A stretch of DNA of 64,000 bases from an uncultured Chitinophagaceae bacterium (GTDB taxonomy: Bacteria; Bacteroidota; Bacteroidia; Chitinophagales; Chitinophagaceae), in contig CAWGLC010000004.1 of assembly GCA_963823305.1 (NCBI GenBank), positions 532,847 to 596,846 of the forward strand. The letters run 5' to 3'. The notes below the pieces were generated by a model. That model had not been told where the DNA came from. It saw nothing but the letters and a program-made list of their open reading frames with translations, and ran no database searches. Positions within the stretch are counted from its first letter, which is position 1, and every line of letters begins with the position of its first letter. Below, one piece after another: positions 1-11,079 of this stretch. A program made the translations under genes and the position numbers.

Positions 1-53
1 GTAATTGATTTTGTAAATTACCTCTTTTAAAACCACTTAAATTAAGCTCAGAT

Positions 54-1974
54 ATGAAATTCCTTTTCCAGTTATTATTTCTTTGCCTCGTCTCTTCGAT
101 ATGCTTTGGCCAGGTCGTAAATAGTTCTATTGCGATTATTCCTGAACCCGTTAAAATTGAAACAAATACAGGTCATTTTACTTTACCATCTGACGTAGTC
201 ATTGAATCTCCTGCAAGAGCCGGAAATGAAGGAGGTACTGGCATTTTTAAAGACGCGCCTTTCGGTGGCCGCTGGTGCAAAGGTGATGGCGACAACGAAT
301 GTAACCGCATCGCCCGCTATAAAATTATTATTAAACAAAAAAGAAGACGCAGTTATTGGTAAAGAAGGATATTATTTAAAAGTAACTCCTAAAAATATCA
401 CCATACAAGCCAATGAACCCGCGGGTTTATTTTACGGAGTTCAAACGTTGATTCAATTATTTCCAAAAGAAATTGAAAGCGCTAATTCTGTGAAAAACAT
501 TAAGTGGGAAGTGCCCTGTGTCAACATCACTGACTACCCACGTTTCGGCTGGAGAGGTTTAATGTTTGATGTATCCCGTCATTTTTTTACAAAAGACGAA
601 GTGGAACAATACATCGATCAAATGGTGCGCTATAAATTTAATTTATTGCACATGCATCTTACAGACGATGAAGGATGGCGTATAGAAATTAAAGGTTTGC
701 CCAGGCTAACAGAAGTGGGCGCGTGGAATGTTAAGAAGGTTGGATACTTTGGCACGTTTACCGCGCCGGCGCCGGATGCACCCCGCAATTATGGAGGCTT
801 TTACACGCAGGATGATATTAAAGAAATAGTGCAATATGCCAAAGAAAGATTCGTAAATATTTTGCCTGAAATTGATGTACCGGGACATAGCCTCGCTGCA
901 GTAGTTTCGTATCCTGATTTATCCTGTACGCCTGGCAGTGATACTTACCATGTTCGCTCCGGCGAAGAAATAATGGACTGGTCGCATGGTCAGCCTCCTG
1001 TTGCCCTGGTTGATAACACCCTTTGCCCGGCAAATGAAAAAGTGTATGTTTTTTTGGATAAAGTGATCACACAGGTTGCGCAGCTCTTTCCGTTCCCATA
1101 TATCCATTTGGGTGGAGATGAATGCCCGAAAAATTTCTGGGAAAAAAGTGATGCAGTTAAAGCATTAATGCAGAAAGAAGGGTTAAAAAATATGGACGAG
1201 GTACAAAGTTATTTTGAAAAAAGGCTGGAGAAAATTGTTGAGTCTAAAGGAAAAAAGTTCATGGGCTGGGATGAAATTTTGCAAGGTGGCCTGGCTCCTG
1301 ATGCAGTGGTAATGAGCTGGCGCGGAATGGCCGGCGGTATCCAGGCGGCAAAAATGGGCCATGAAGTAGTAATGAGTCCAACTACCTTCGCATACCTTGA
1401 TTACATGCAGGGAGATCCTTCTATTGAGCCACATGTTTATGCCACTTTGCGGTTAAATAAAGCCTACCAGTTTGAGCCCGTGCCCGACAGCGTTGATTCT
1501 AAGTACATTCTTGGCGGACAGGCAAACTTATGGACCGAACAAGTTTATAATATGCGTCACGCAGAGTACATGACATGGCCAAGAGCGTTCGCAATTGCTG
1601 AAGATGTATGGTCACAAAAGGCGAATAAAAACTGGGGTAATTTTGTGAATAGAGTAGAAAAACATTTTGCCCGTTTTGATGAAGCACAAATAAAATATTC
1701 ACCGGCTATTTATGATCCTATTATTAACGCAAGTGAATCGCCTGATAAAAAAATAATAGTTGAGCTGAGTACAGAAATCGATAGCCTCGATATTTATTAC
1801 ACTTTTGATAATTCTTTCCCGGATAACTTTTACCCAAAATATACCGAGCCCATTTTCGTACCTGAAGACGCCGTCCAGTTAAAATTAATTACTTATAGAA
1901 ATGGAAAGCCTATTGGAAGGATGATAACCTTGCCCGTGGCCGAATTGAAAGCGAAGGCTGAGAAGAAAGATTAA
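54..1974 (+). CDS. GH20 beta-N-acetylhexosaminidase; signal peptide; one apparent frameshift near 205-225
   Basis: ORFs 54..362 and 202..1974 join. Motifs DYPRFGWRGLMFDVSRHFF, HLTDDEGWR, PEIDVPGH and catalytic HLGGDE. Confidence 0.93.
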
Positions 1975-2081
1975 ATGGGAAGGACAATTTTTATTATTGA
2001 ATAAAATTTTTTTAAGGATGTTAATGTATTAATATTTTTGTCCGATCAGGTAACGAACTACTTTAAACTAAAATAATAACG

Positions 2082-2816
2082 ATGCTTGTAAAAATCAATT
2101 CTCTGATAATATTATTGATTGCGGGAATCCTGGTTTCTGATTTTTCTGTAGCTCAGCAGATACCAAATACACTTTCCGCAAAAGAAACCCAGGCAGGCTG
2201 GCGGCTTCTCTTCAATGGGAAAGATCTGTTGGGTTGGCATTCTTATCTTGAAAAAGTTCCGGGGAAAGCCTGGCAGGTACAAGATGGGAATATTGTTCTT
2301 AATAAAAATAATAAAAGCGTTTATAATGATTATGCAGACCTGGTAAGTGATGAAGAATTTGAAAACTTTGATCTTAAGGTAGAATGGAAAATGGAACCTT
2401 GCGCCAATAGTGGCCTCATGTTCTATGTACATGAATCTCCCCAATATAAGAATACTTATGAGTCCGGTCCCGAAATGCAAATTGCCGATTTGGCTTGTAA
2501 CGATGACGGCCGCATCTTGAAATGCAGGGCCGGCGATTTATATGATTTAATATCCGCAGATACAGAGTGGGTAAACAAAGGCGGCAGATGGAACAGTTAC
2601 GAGATAATTGCTAACCGCGGTCATCTGACATTCTTTATGAATGGCCATAAAACAATAGATACACAAATGTGGAACGACCACTGGCGTGATATGATTAAGA
2701 ATAGCAAGTTTGTACAGTGGCCGGGCTTTGGCACTTTTAAAAAAGGTCATATTTCTTTCCAGGGCACTGAAAATGGAAAGCTTTGGTATCGCAATATTAA
2801 GATTAGAAAACTTTGA
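2082..2816 (+). CDS. DUF1080 (3-keto-disaccharide hydrolase-like) secreted protein
   Basis: Signal peptide; GWRLLFNGKDL, FENFDLKVEWK, NSG, GPEMQI, GHISFQ and YRNIKI motifs. TATTTTTG promoter-like element at 2033-2040. Confidence 0.88.
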   Translation: MLVKINSLIILLIAGILVSDFSVAQQIPNTLSAKETQAGWRLLFNGKDLLGWHSYLEKVPGKAWQVQDGNIVLNKNNKSVYNDYADLVSDEEFENFDLKVEWKMEPCANSGLMFYVHESPQYKNTYESGPEMQIADLACNDDGRILKCRAGDLYDLISADTEWVNKGGRWNSYEIIANRGHLTFFMNGHKTIDTQMWNDHWRDMIKNSKFVQWPGFGTFKKGHISFQGTENGKLWYRNIKIRKL

Positions 2817-2954
2817 TTCTCATTAAGCGATCTGTTTTGCGAAGTTCTTTGTAATTAATTTGACCTCATTTAACTTCGATTATGCCGCAACGTTATAATG
2901 GGACTCAATTCGGCGTAAGCTGATCCTAAAAATCTTCATAATAAAAAGTAAAAT

Positions 2955-4483
2955 ATGGAAGAGAATAAAGAATTGGCATTTCCAAAAAACACGATAAGCC
3001 GAAAAGCATTCATTAAAAATACTGCTTTGACAGCTGCTGTATTTAGTATTGTGCCCCGGCATGTTCTGGGCGGAAAGGGATTTACGGCGCCGAGTGATAA
3101 ATTGTATATTGCTGCAGTTGGCTGTGGTGGCGAAGCAGAAAGTGATATTCACCATTATGCAAATGCGCCAAAGAAAAATGCAGTGATTGCATTCCTGTGT
3201 GATGTGGATGATCGTATGGCTGCGCCCCGCCGTAAAGAATTTCCCAATGCAAAATTTTATTACGACTGGAGAGAAATGTTTGAAAAAGAAAGTAAGAATT
3301 TTGATGCCGTTTCTGTAGCCATTCCCGATCATAATCATGCAATTGTTGGCCTAAGCGCTATGCAGTTAAAAAAGCATTTGTATTTGCAAAAGCCACTGAC
3401 GCATGATATTTATGAAGCACGCATTCTGACACAGGCGGCAGAAAAATATAAAGTGGTTACGCAAATGGGCGACCAGGGCGCCTCCTGCGACGGTATGCGA
3501 ACCATGAGAGAATGGTTTGAAGCAGGATTGATCGGTGATATAACTCATGTGTATAATTGGACAAACAGGCCCGTGTGGCCGCAGGGAATTCCCTGGCCTG
3601 CAAAGAACGTCCTTCCGTTCCTAAAGAATTAAAGTGGGATTTGTGGTTGGGTACGGCACCGCAAACTGATTATATTGATAATCTTGTTCCGTTCAACTGG
3701 CGTGGCTGGTGGAAATTTGGCACCGGAGCCTTCGGTGATATGGCTTGTCATATCATTGGTCCTTCATTTAAGTTACTGCAATTAGGTTATCCGACAGAAG
3801 TACCGTGAATGCGCAAGTACCATTTATTCAGGCAATTTCCAGGAAGCTGATTACCCCGAAAGCATTCCGGTTTCAAGCAGGCTTCGTATAAATTTAAATT
3901 AAAAGACGGGCGGGATTTAAAATTATATTGGATGGATGGAGGGCTTATTCCGGAGCGGCCGGATGAACTCGATCCTGACGTAAATGAAAATGAAGCATTG
4001 GCTGATATTCCTGAAGAAAATGATTATGAAGGAGGTTCTTTATTTATAGGAACCAAGGGAAAGGTTTCCTGCGGTTGGGGTGGAAGTCATCCCCGTTTAC
4101 TGCCTCTTTCATTAAATAAAGATGTAAATGTTCCAAAAAAATATCCGCGGATAGAAGGGGGAATGGATGGGCATTGGTGGCAATGGATAGATGCATGCAT
4201 TGCCGGTTATGGAAATATGGAAGTAGATTCTCCTTTTGTTGGCTATGCAGGGCCGTTAACGGAAACCGTTTTGATGGGAAATTTGTTACTGCGCAGTTTT
4301 AATATTCGTAAAAAAATAAAAAGACATGATTCGGTTTATGGAGATGTAGAGGACATTACAACTCCGGGCCGTTATATTACTTACAAATGGGATGGTGAAA
4401 ATATGAGGATCACCAATTTTGAAGCTGCTAATCAATTTGTGAAAAGAGAATACAGGCAAGGGTGGGGCGAGTTAAAATTATGA
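2955..4483 (+). CDS. Gfo/Idh/MocA family oxidoreductase, split by apparent frameshifts
   Basis: Fragments 2955..3632, 3557..3808 and 3932..4483. Tat-like SRKAFIK, AVGCGG, PDHNH, QKPLTH, WDLWLG and GDMACH. Confidence 0.88.
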
Positions 4484-4522
4484 AGTTCACTATTGCAGTT
4501 GGGTGACGGCAATGGGTATTAC

Positions 4523-5784
4523 ATGAAAAGAAACTATTATATCGTTGGCCTTATAATGCTCACATTTTTTGTGATCTCTTTTCTTACTAACATTATCGGG
4601 CCGTTAATACCGGATATTATTAAAGATTTTCATCTCAGCCTTACGCTGGTTGCGCTGCTACCCTTTGCTTTTTTTATTGCTTATGGCGTCATGTCTATTC
4701 CCACAGGGATGCTGGTAGAGAAATATAAGGAAAAGAAGATTATGATCGCAGCATTTGTCGTGGTCTTTTTTTGGTGCGTTTTTATTGGCCATATCTCCCG
4801 GTTATTTGACAGCAATTATTTCTTTATTTCTTATTGGCTGCGGTATGGCAATGTTGCAGGTTGTTATCAATCCTTTGTTGCGTGTATCCGGCGGCGAAGA
4901 GCACTATTCATTTAATTCGGTACTGGCGCAACTTATTTTTGGCGCAGCTTCTTTTTTAAGCCCATTAGTTTACTCTTATTTTGTATTAAACCTTAATAAA
5001 AATACTAGTTTTCAAAACAGTTTTTTGACAAGAATGAAATCAGCTATTCCGCCGCGGTCTGCCGTGGATTTCCCTTTATTGGCTGTTTGCCCTTATCAGT
5101 TTGTTTATGGTAATCATTATTTTACTTTCAAAATTTCCGAAGGTTGGATTAAGTAATGAAGAAAAAGCGGGAGCGTTACAAACACACATTAAGTTATTCA
5201 AAAATCCTATTGTGATTTTATATTTTATTGGCATCTTTTGTTACGTGGGAACAGAGCAGGGAATTGCCAACTGGATCTCTCAATTTCTATCAACTTACCA
5301 CGGTTATGATCCTCAGACAACAGGCGCAAAAGCGGTTGCTTATTTTTGGGGACTAATGACGGCAGGAGGTGTTCTGGGATTGTTGTTATTGAAAATAATG
5401 GATCAGCGAAAAGTCTTAATTCTATTTACATTGCTTGCTTTGGCATGCCTGAGTGTTGCCCTTTTTGGTTCTGCAAAAATTTCGTTAGTAGCCTTTCCTA
5501 TGTTGGGGTTTTTTGCATCGGTTATGTATCCCGGTATTTTTTCGCTGGCATTAAATTCGTTGAAGGAGCATCATGGTTCTTTTGCCGGCATTCTTGTTAC
5601 AGGCATTATTGGCGGCGCTATCCTTCCGCTTGTCATTGGTGGATTGGGCGATAGTTTCGGGCTTCGTACAGGTATGTTTTTTTTATACATTCCGTTGGGA
5701 TATATTTTAAGCGTTGGTTTTTGGGCAAAGCCCTTTGTAAAAAATAAAACAATTAATATTTTTAAGAAGAAAGAAAATACTTAA
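4523..5784 (+). CDS. MFS sugar transporter (FucP/GluP-like), frameshifted
   Basis: Three overlapping hydrophobic ORFs; LQVVINP, YVGTEQG and GGAILP motifs. Confidence 0.85.
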
Positions 5785-6004
5785 GAATAAAAATTGAATA
5801 ATCGGCGTTTAAAAAATTAATCACCGGTAGCAATCTATCTATCAGGCAGGGCTTATAGGAGATAATAAAAGGCTACGCAAAATAATAGTACAGTCAAGGC
5901 TTGCGGTGAACCCGTAGGAACATTGGTTTTATCTTTTGACCTTCCTGAAGAAGTGGAAATTGCAATAGTTTTTTTAATATCTTTTATAGACCTTTAGTAA
6001 AACT

Positions 6005-6841
6005 TTGAATAAAGTGAAAGTCAAATTTTACGGAGTCCGGGGCTCTGTACCGGTATGCGGCAGGGAATTTGAGCGTTATGGTGGAAATACTTCCTGCATC
6101 AAAATACTTCGTGAAAGGGTTAATAGGATCGCAATACTCGATGCTGGAACAGGCATTCGAAAATTAGGTAAAGAAATAATTCAACAAGGCATAAACCAAA
6201 ATATAATAAACATTGTTTTTTCTCACTTTCATTGGGACCACATCCAGGGATTTCCTTTCTTTTTACCTGCTTATAATCCTAAACAAAGAATAGGAATACT
6301 CGCCATGGGGCGGCAAGGGCAGGTTCATGATCTAAAGGGTATTTTTTCCAAACAGATGCAGGAGGAGTATTTTCCGATACAAATGGATACAATGGGTGCC
6401 CAATTTGAATTTTACTCATACGGTGACACGGAAATAATTCAAGGCGCTCATGTAAAGTCGATCCCGCAATACCACAAATACCTGGGAGGTTCTTATGGTT
6501 TCAGATTGGATGATGAGGGAGTGTCATTAGTTGTGTGTACCGATCTTGAATATATAAATGGCATTGATGAAAACATCGTAAACTTTGCTAAAGACGCTGA
6601 TTTATTAGTTCACGACGGACAATACACCTCAGAAGAGTATGTCGGTAAATTTAAAGGATGGGGCCACAGCACATACGAGCAGGCTGCGGAAGTAGCTTTA
6701 CTTGCAAATGTGAAAAGGCTGATTATCACTCATCACGATCCTGATCATGATGATATATGTCTCGATGGCCTGGAAAAAAAATGCCAGCAAATTTTCCCTA
6801 ATTCTTTATTTGCCAAAGAAGGCCTGGAGATTTCGCTTTAA
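6005..6841 (+). CDS. MBL-fold metallo-hydrolase
   Basis: GVRGS, YGGNTSC, DAGTG, SHFHWDH, WGHS and HHDP motifs. Confidence 0.9.
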   Translation: MNKVKVKFYGVRGSVPVCGREFERYGGNTSCIKILRERVNRIAILDAGTGIRKLGKEIIQQGINQNIINIVFSHFHWDHIQGFPFFLPAYNPKQRIGILAMGRQGQVHDLKGIFSKQMQEEYFPIQMDTMGAQFEFYSYGDTEIIQGAHVKSIPQYHKYLGGSYGFRLDDEGVSLVVCTDLEYINGIDENIVNFAKDADLLVHDGQYTSEEYVGKFKGWGHSTYEQAAEVALLANVKRLIITHHDPDHDDICLDGLEKKCQQIFPNSLFAKEGLEISL

Positions 6842-6905
6842 TGGTATTCAAAAACCGGATTTCGATTAGGCGGTAACGTTATCCGGCAATTATTCTAGAG
6901 CAAAT

Positions 6906-7454
6906 TCAATCGTCTTTGCCCGGTTTTTCTCCTACAAACCAATGTTCTTTATTTTTGAATAGTACATTAAAAGTTGTAAAAGAACCGTAAATACGAGTGA
7001 TGTACTGCTGCAGGTTTATCTTGTCCTCATCACTGAGATTCTTATTGCTGTTGATGTTTTGTTCCAGAACACGCAGCCTGTCTCTCGCCATTACTATTTT
7101 ATGAAAGAAAACATCAATAGGAATCTCTTTAGGTTTTAAAGAAGTGTCTTTAGGTTGCAACAACAAGGTTCCGTCTGTCCATTTCTCCCCAAGTTTTACT
7201 ACCTCGCTAACGTTGCCCCATAAACGCAGAATTTTCAATAATGATTTTTCGACGTTTGAATTGGTTTCTATTTCTTCACTTACATTTTCCGGCTGAATGT
7301 CATCCAGTTGAGAATCGGTTTTATCTATTTCAATAATGCCATGATGTATAAAAGATATAAGATAAGTGGCATATCGAATGCCAACTATTACTCCGGGCCC
7401 GTGTATCGTATGCTGCAGCCTCGTTCCTGTTCCTAAAAGTCTGTACAAGGACAC
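6906..7454 (-). CDS. Conserved hypothetical protein
   Basis: 182-aa ORF with FFHKIVMARDRLRVLEQ..QQYITRIYGS, a motif I recognise from a Bacteroidota hypothetical family. Confidence 0.65.
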   Translation of the reverse strand: MSLYRLLGTGTRLQHTIHGPGVIVGIRYATYLISFIHHGIIEIDKTDSQLDDIQPENVSEEIETNSNVEKSLLKILRLWGNVSEVVKLGEKWTDGTLLLQPKDTSLKPKEIPIDVFFHKIVMARDRLRVLEQNINSNKNLSDEDKINLQQYITRIYGSFTTFNVLFKNKEHWFVGEKPGKDD

Positions 7455-7594
7455 GCCCCAAATTATAATTGAAAAAGTGACACTCGAATTCAGGTAATGC
7501 CAAATTCACTTCAAAATATATCAGTTTACTTTATGATAGCTTCTTTTGTACCAGACCCAATGATTAATTCACAATTAGTGGTGGCTTTGTTTCA

Positions 7595-7616
7595 GCGGTG
7601 AGTTAGGGATTCGAAC
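7595..7616 (-). mobile_element. tRNA-Ser-like 3'-end remnant, putative att site at the island border
   Basis: Minus strand reads GTTCGAATCCCTAACTCACCGC (T-loop plus acceptor 3' strand). No 5' half or anticodon arm is present. Confidence 0.6.
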
Positions 7617-8293
7617 GGCCCTAATTAATAGTTAGAAATCAATTATTTAAGAACTACAAATATTGTAACTCCATGAATTACGCTATATAAGTCTTTGCCT
7701 ATTTAAAAATAACCTTATGGGAGTAAAGATAAGTAAGTTGAATATATTTTAACATCAAAAATTATTAAGGGTGCAAGCTACTAACGTATTGGGGTATACG
7801 ATTATGTGGATACTAACTTTTAAGTAAATCAAAGAGGTTAGTATTTATATATAGTGTTTCTTTCCAAACTTGTCTTGATTCCAAAATTCCGATTTGTTTT
7901 AATTCTTTAAGATATTTTGATGCATAATTCCCGAAAATTTTCATCTTCCAACAACAAAATCAATTTGCTATATGGCTGTTCCAATAAAAGTTCCAACAAT
8001 TCCATATTAAACGATTTTGGAAATTCCTTTTAACCAGATCACTGGTCTTTTGAAAAAGTTTATTTATTTCTTGAATCTGGCTAATCGTTTTTTTAGACTT
8101 TTTTCTACCCCGTTTAAAAATGAATAATACCCATTCTTGCCAGTTATCTTTTGTTCGTAATAGGCAGAAACTAACCACGTTTTATAAATATGCTAAGGAA
8201 GCAGGGCAGACTAAAAAAATAGATTAAAACGGGATAAGGAATTTTTAAAAAAAAGTGGCTTTATTAAGCCCGTATGATTGGAGATAACAAAAA

Positions 8294-8308
8294 AGGAACA
8301 GTTTTTGA
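8294..8308 (+). promoter_or_regulatory. sigma54-like -24/-12 element (variant)
   Basis: AGGAA-CAGTTT-TTGA upstream of ORF 8346. Confidence 0.4.
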
Positions 8309-8345
8309 TAAACTAACATTAAGAAATAGCACTACTTAAAAAATT

Positions 8346-8543
8346 ATGAAAAAAATGAAAAAGATTATTTTTGCCTTCCTTTTTAGCGCTTGTATCATTG
8401 GCTATACTTCCGCTTACTCCCAAGATGACCACAAAGCAAAGGAAAAAGCAGCAAAGGTTGAAAAGAAAGAGTATAAAGGCAAACACAAAAAGGCAGTAAA
8501 AAAGGAAGAAAAAATGGAGAGGAAGGAAGATAAGGGTAAATAG
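8346..8543 (+). CDS. Small secreted Lys/Glu-rich hydrophilic protein
   Basis: Signal peptide (..SAYSQ) followed by KEEK-rich low-complexity tail; hairpin at 8600-8624 downstream. Confidence 0.7.
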   Translation: MKKMKKIIFAFLFSACIIGYTSAYSQDDHKAKEKAAKVEKKEYKGKHKKAVKKEEKMERKEDKGK

Positions 8544-8597
8544 CATGATCTCATTTTCGGCTTTCTGAAAATCTACCATTGCAATGATGCTAACACT

Positions 8598-8687
8598 TTA
8601 AAACCCGGTTTCCTAACGGGTTTTTCCATAAAGCTCGTAGCTCAAAACTAACTAAAAAATATTATTTGTCATAATACACCAAAAGTA
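8598..8687 (-). ncRNA. Candidate small RNA copy 1 with promoter and terminator
   Basis: TACTTTTG -7 box (8687-8680), core TAGTTAGTTTTGA (8654-8642), hairpin AAAACCCG..CGGGTTTT. The core is shared with 27699-27711. Confidence 0.4.
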
Positions 8688-8769
8688 ACTTTAAAAATAG
8701 TAATCTTATTGGGGTAAATTTCTCTTTACCTAACAGACACGGCGAAACGCAAAAGGGATTGATAATAAT

Positions 8770-8868
8770 TTACTTTCCCAGCTTTTTCTCTATTTTCCTC
8801 CTCGTATTCCTGGCCACCGGCCACTTTAGCACGGTGCTGGTCCGGCCTCTTGTTGTTTTTTCATTCAT
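8770..8868 (-). pseudogene. Internally deleted DUF3606-like small protein copy
   Basis: MNEKTTRGR...EKKLGK*; both ends match 27832..28008 but about 80 nt of the middle are missing. Confidence 0.6.
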
Positions 8869-8966
8869 AGTATTTGTTTTTATCTTACGTTAACGCCATA
8901 ACATAGTGACAAACCTTTCCATTAAACTTTCAATGGGGTAATCCCCAGATAAAAGTCTTGTTCTGG

Positions 8967-9461
8967 TCACACCGATTTTTTGCTTTTTCTATACAGTAAC
9001 GTTACTATCAGAGATGTCACAATGATCCCTCCGGCAACTTTCTTAGCTAACAGCTTTGGATTGTGTTTCCACATTGCTTTCCAACCCTGTTCAGAAAACA
9101 CGTTGGGCAAATAGCCTTCTTTTAAATCACCAACATATCCTTCCATAACATTTACTCTGTCAGCTAATATTAATGACAACCAATGGGCCCACTTGCCCTC
9201 ACTGTATTTGAAGGCAAACCTGCGAATTGCGCCGCTCACCCCTAAAGGGGGCAACGATGTTCCATACACTGCAGATAAGGTTGGCCGCTCATTGGAATGC
9301 AGTACCTCAACAGTTTGCTCCTGCAATGGCGGCCGTATATAGTTTAATCTTTTATGGTCATCACCTGTCCATTTTTTCATTGGATAAGTCGGTTCATTCT
9401 GCGGGTCAGCATCAATGCCCCATCCCTTTATATGAGCATATTTTTCTTCTAAATCTTCCAT
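8967..9461 (-). CDS. Conserved hypothetical protein with C-terminal membrane anchor
   Basis: GWGIDADP..P, SGAIRRFAFKYSE..HWL.LILADRVNV.EG; immediately follows the ADH gene. Confidence 0.75.
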   Translation of the reverse strand: MEDLEEKYAHIKGWGIDADPQNEPTYPMKKWTGDDHKRLNYIRPPLQEQTVEVLHSNERPTLSAVYGTSLPPLGVSGAIRRFAFKYSEGKWAHWLSLILADRVNVMEGYVGDLKEGYLPNVFSEQGWKAMWKHNPKLLAKKVAGGIIVTSLIVTLLYRKSKKSV

Positions 9462-9472
9462 GTTTATTAATT

Positions 9473-10630
9473 TTAGGCCCTTGCGGCTGGTGGAATAAGA
9501 ATAGGTTTAATACAATTATCGAGCTTTGCAGAAAAAGTGCGGTAAGCATCTGATATTTCTTCCAATGGAAACCGGTGGGTAATTATTTCTTTTGGATTCA
9601 ATCGCCCCGCCTGCACATGTTGTATCAATCTTGGCAACAGCCTTTTAACGGAAGCCTGGTTAGCCCTTATAGTAAGTCCCTTGTTTACAACATTGCCGAT
9701 TGGAATAATATTTCCCGTAGGTCCATACACACCAACAATGGATACGATCCCTCCTTTTTTTACTGAATTAATAGCCCAATGAAGGGCAGTGGCAGAGCCG
9801 GCCTGCATCATTAGTTTTCTGCCCGTGATTGTTTGCAAAACACTGCCCGCAGCTTCACAACCGACTGCATCAATGCATACATCGGCTCCGAAGTTATCAG
9901 TTGCTTTCTTAAGAAATAAAACAGGATCATTTATTGACCTGAAATTATAGGCTTCGCACTGTGCATATTTTCGCACAAACTCCAGCCGGTATTCCACATG
10001 ATCAATAACTATTACTCGTCCCGCACCAAAAAGCCAAGAACATTTCGCAGCCATAATTCCCACAGGGCCTGCACCAAAAACAACTACAGTATCACCTTTT
10101 TTAATGCCGCCCATTTCTGCAGCCTGGTAGCCTGTAGGCACAACGTCTGTTAATAGCACGGCATCTTCAATATCCAGATCAGGAGGAATGATTGTAGGGC
10201 CAACATCTGCGTAGGGAACGCGCACATATTCCGCCTGGCCGCCATCAAAACCGCCAGCCGTGTGGGAGTAACCAAATATACCTCCCACTGCTGTTGATTC
10301 TGAATTCGATTCATGGCAATTGCCATACAATTCCTGTTTGCAAAAGGGGCATGATCCGCAGGCTATATTAAATGGTACCAATACGTGGTCGCCCGTTTTT
10401 AAGTTTCGAACACCCGGCCCGACATCCACGACAATACCTGTAAATTCATGTCCGAACGTAGATCCGACACGGGTGTCAGGAACTAGTCCATGATAGATAT
10501 GCAAATCGGAGCCACAGATACAGGAGCGTGTAACACGGACAATTGCATCGTCCGGATGTAAGATTTCAGGTTCTGGTTTTTTGTAATCGGGCCGGATCCT
10601 GTAGGGGCCCCTATAGTTCATCGCTAACAT
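9473..10630 (-). CDS. Zinc-dependent alcohol/formaldehyde dehydrogenase (MDR family)
   Basis: ICGSDLH, GHE, CGSCPFC..C structural zinc site, GAGPVG. Confidence 0.92.
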   Translation of the reverse strand: MLAMNYRGPYRIRPDYKKPEPEILHPDDAIVRVTRSCICGSDLHIYHGLVPDTRVGSTFGHEFTGIVVDVGPGVRNLKTGDHVLVPFNIACGSCPFCKQELYGNCHESNSESTAVGGIFGYSHTAGGFDGGQAEYVRVPYADVGPTIIPPDLDIEDAVLLTDVVPTGYQAAEMGGIKKGDTVVVFGAGPVGIMAAKCSWLFGAGRVIVIDHVEYRLEFVRKYAQCEAYNFRSINDPVLFLKKATDNFGADVCIDAVGCEAAGSVLQTITGRKLMMQAGSATALHWAINSVKKGGIVSIVGVYGPTGNIIPIGNVVNKGLTIRANQASVKRLLPRLIQHVQAGRLNPKEIITHRFPLEEISDAYRTFSAKLDNCIKPILIPPAARA

Positions 10631-10824
10631 ATTTCCTCCGTTTGAATTTGATTAATGTATTTTGATTTAGCATACTTCTCAAGCAATAAAAAACTTTATT
10701 TGACGTGATATTTTATGTTCCCCGTCAAATCGGAATTTATAAGATGCCTTCATACCTTTTAATAATTATAAAGATTTCATTAATTTTTTGTGGGCCTTGT
10801 TTATTGTTTCAAAATTTCATTGCC

Positions 10825-10885
10825 TTAAAAACTATGCCAGTACTGATATTTACTTAAGTAATTTTCCACATGGCACAAATTTCAT
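10825..10885. promoter_or_regulatory. Back-to-back sigma54-like elements
   Basis: (-) TGGCATAGTTTTTAA at 10839-10825 and (+) TGGCACAAATTTCAT at 10871-10885. A further TGGCATGGTTTTATG lies at 11017. Confidence 0.55.
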
Positions 10886-11079
10886 GAGTTGTTATTGTTA
10901 TCTTGAGATGTTATAATTACCCAAACTATACCTACGGGATAGTTGGCAATTTTACTAACGCTATGGTTGCACTGTAGAGACTTGTACTAATTTGACAGCC
11001 TGTACATATTTTAAAATGGCATGGTTTTATGTAGTTAAACTCACCATGGCTCAAAACTTCAAAATCAAAACTGAAAAGT

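Noticed and set aside
7580-7680. Intact tRNA gene
   Set aside because: Only the T-loop and 3' acceptor strand are present; no cloverleaf can be built.
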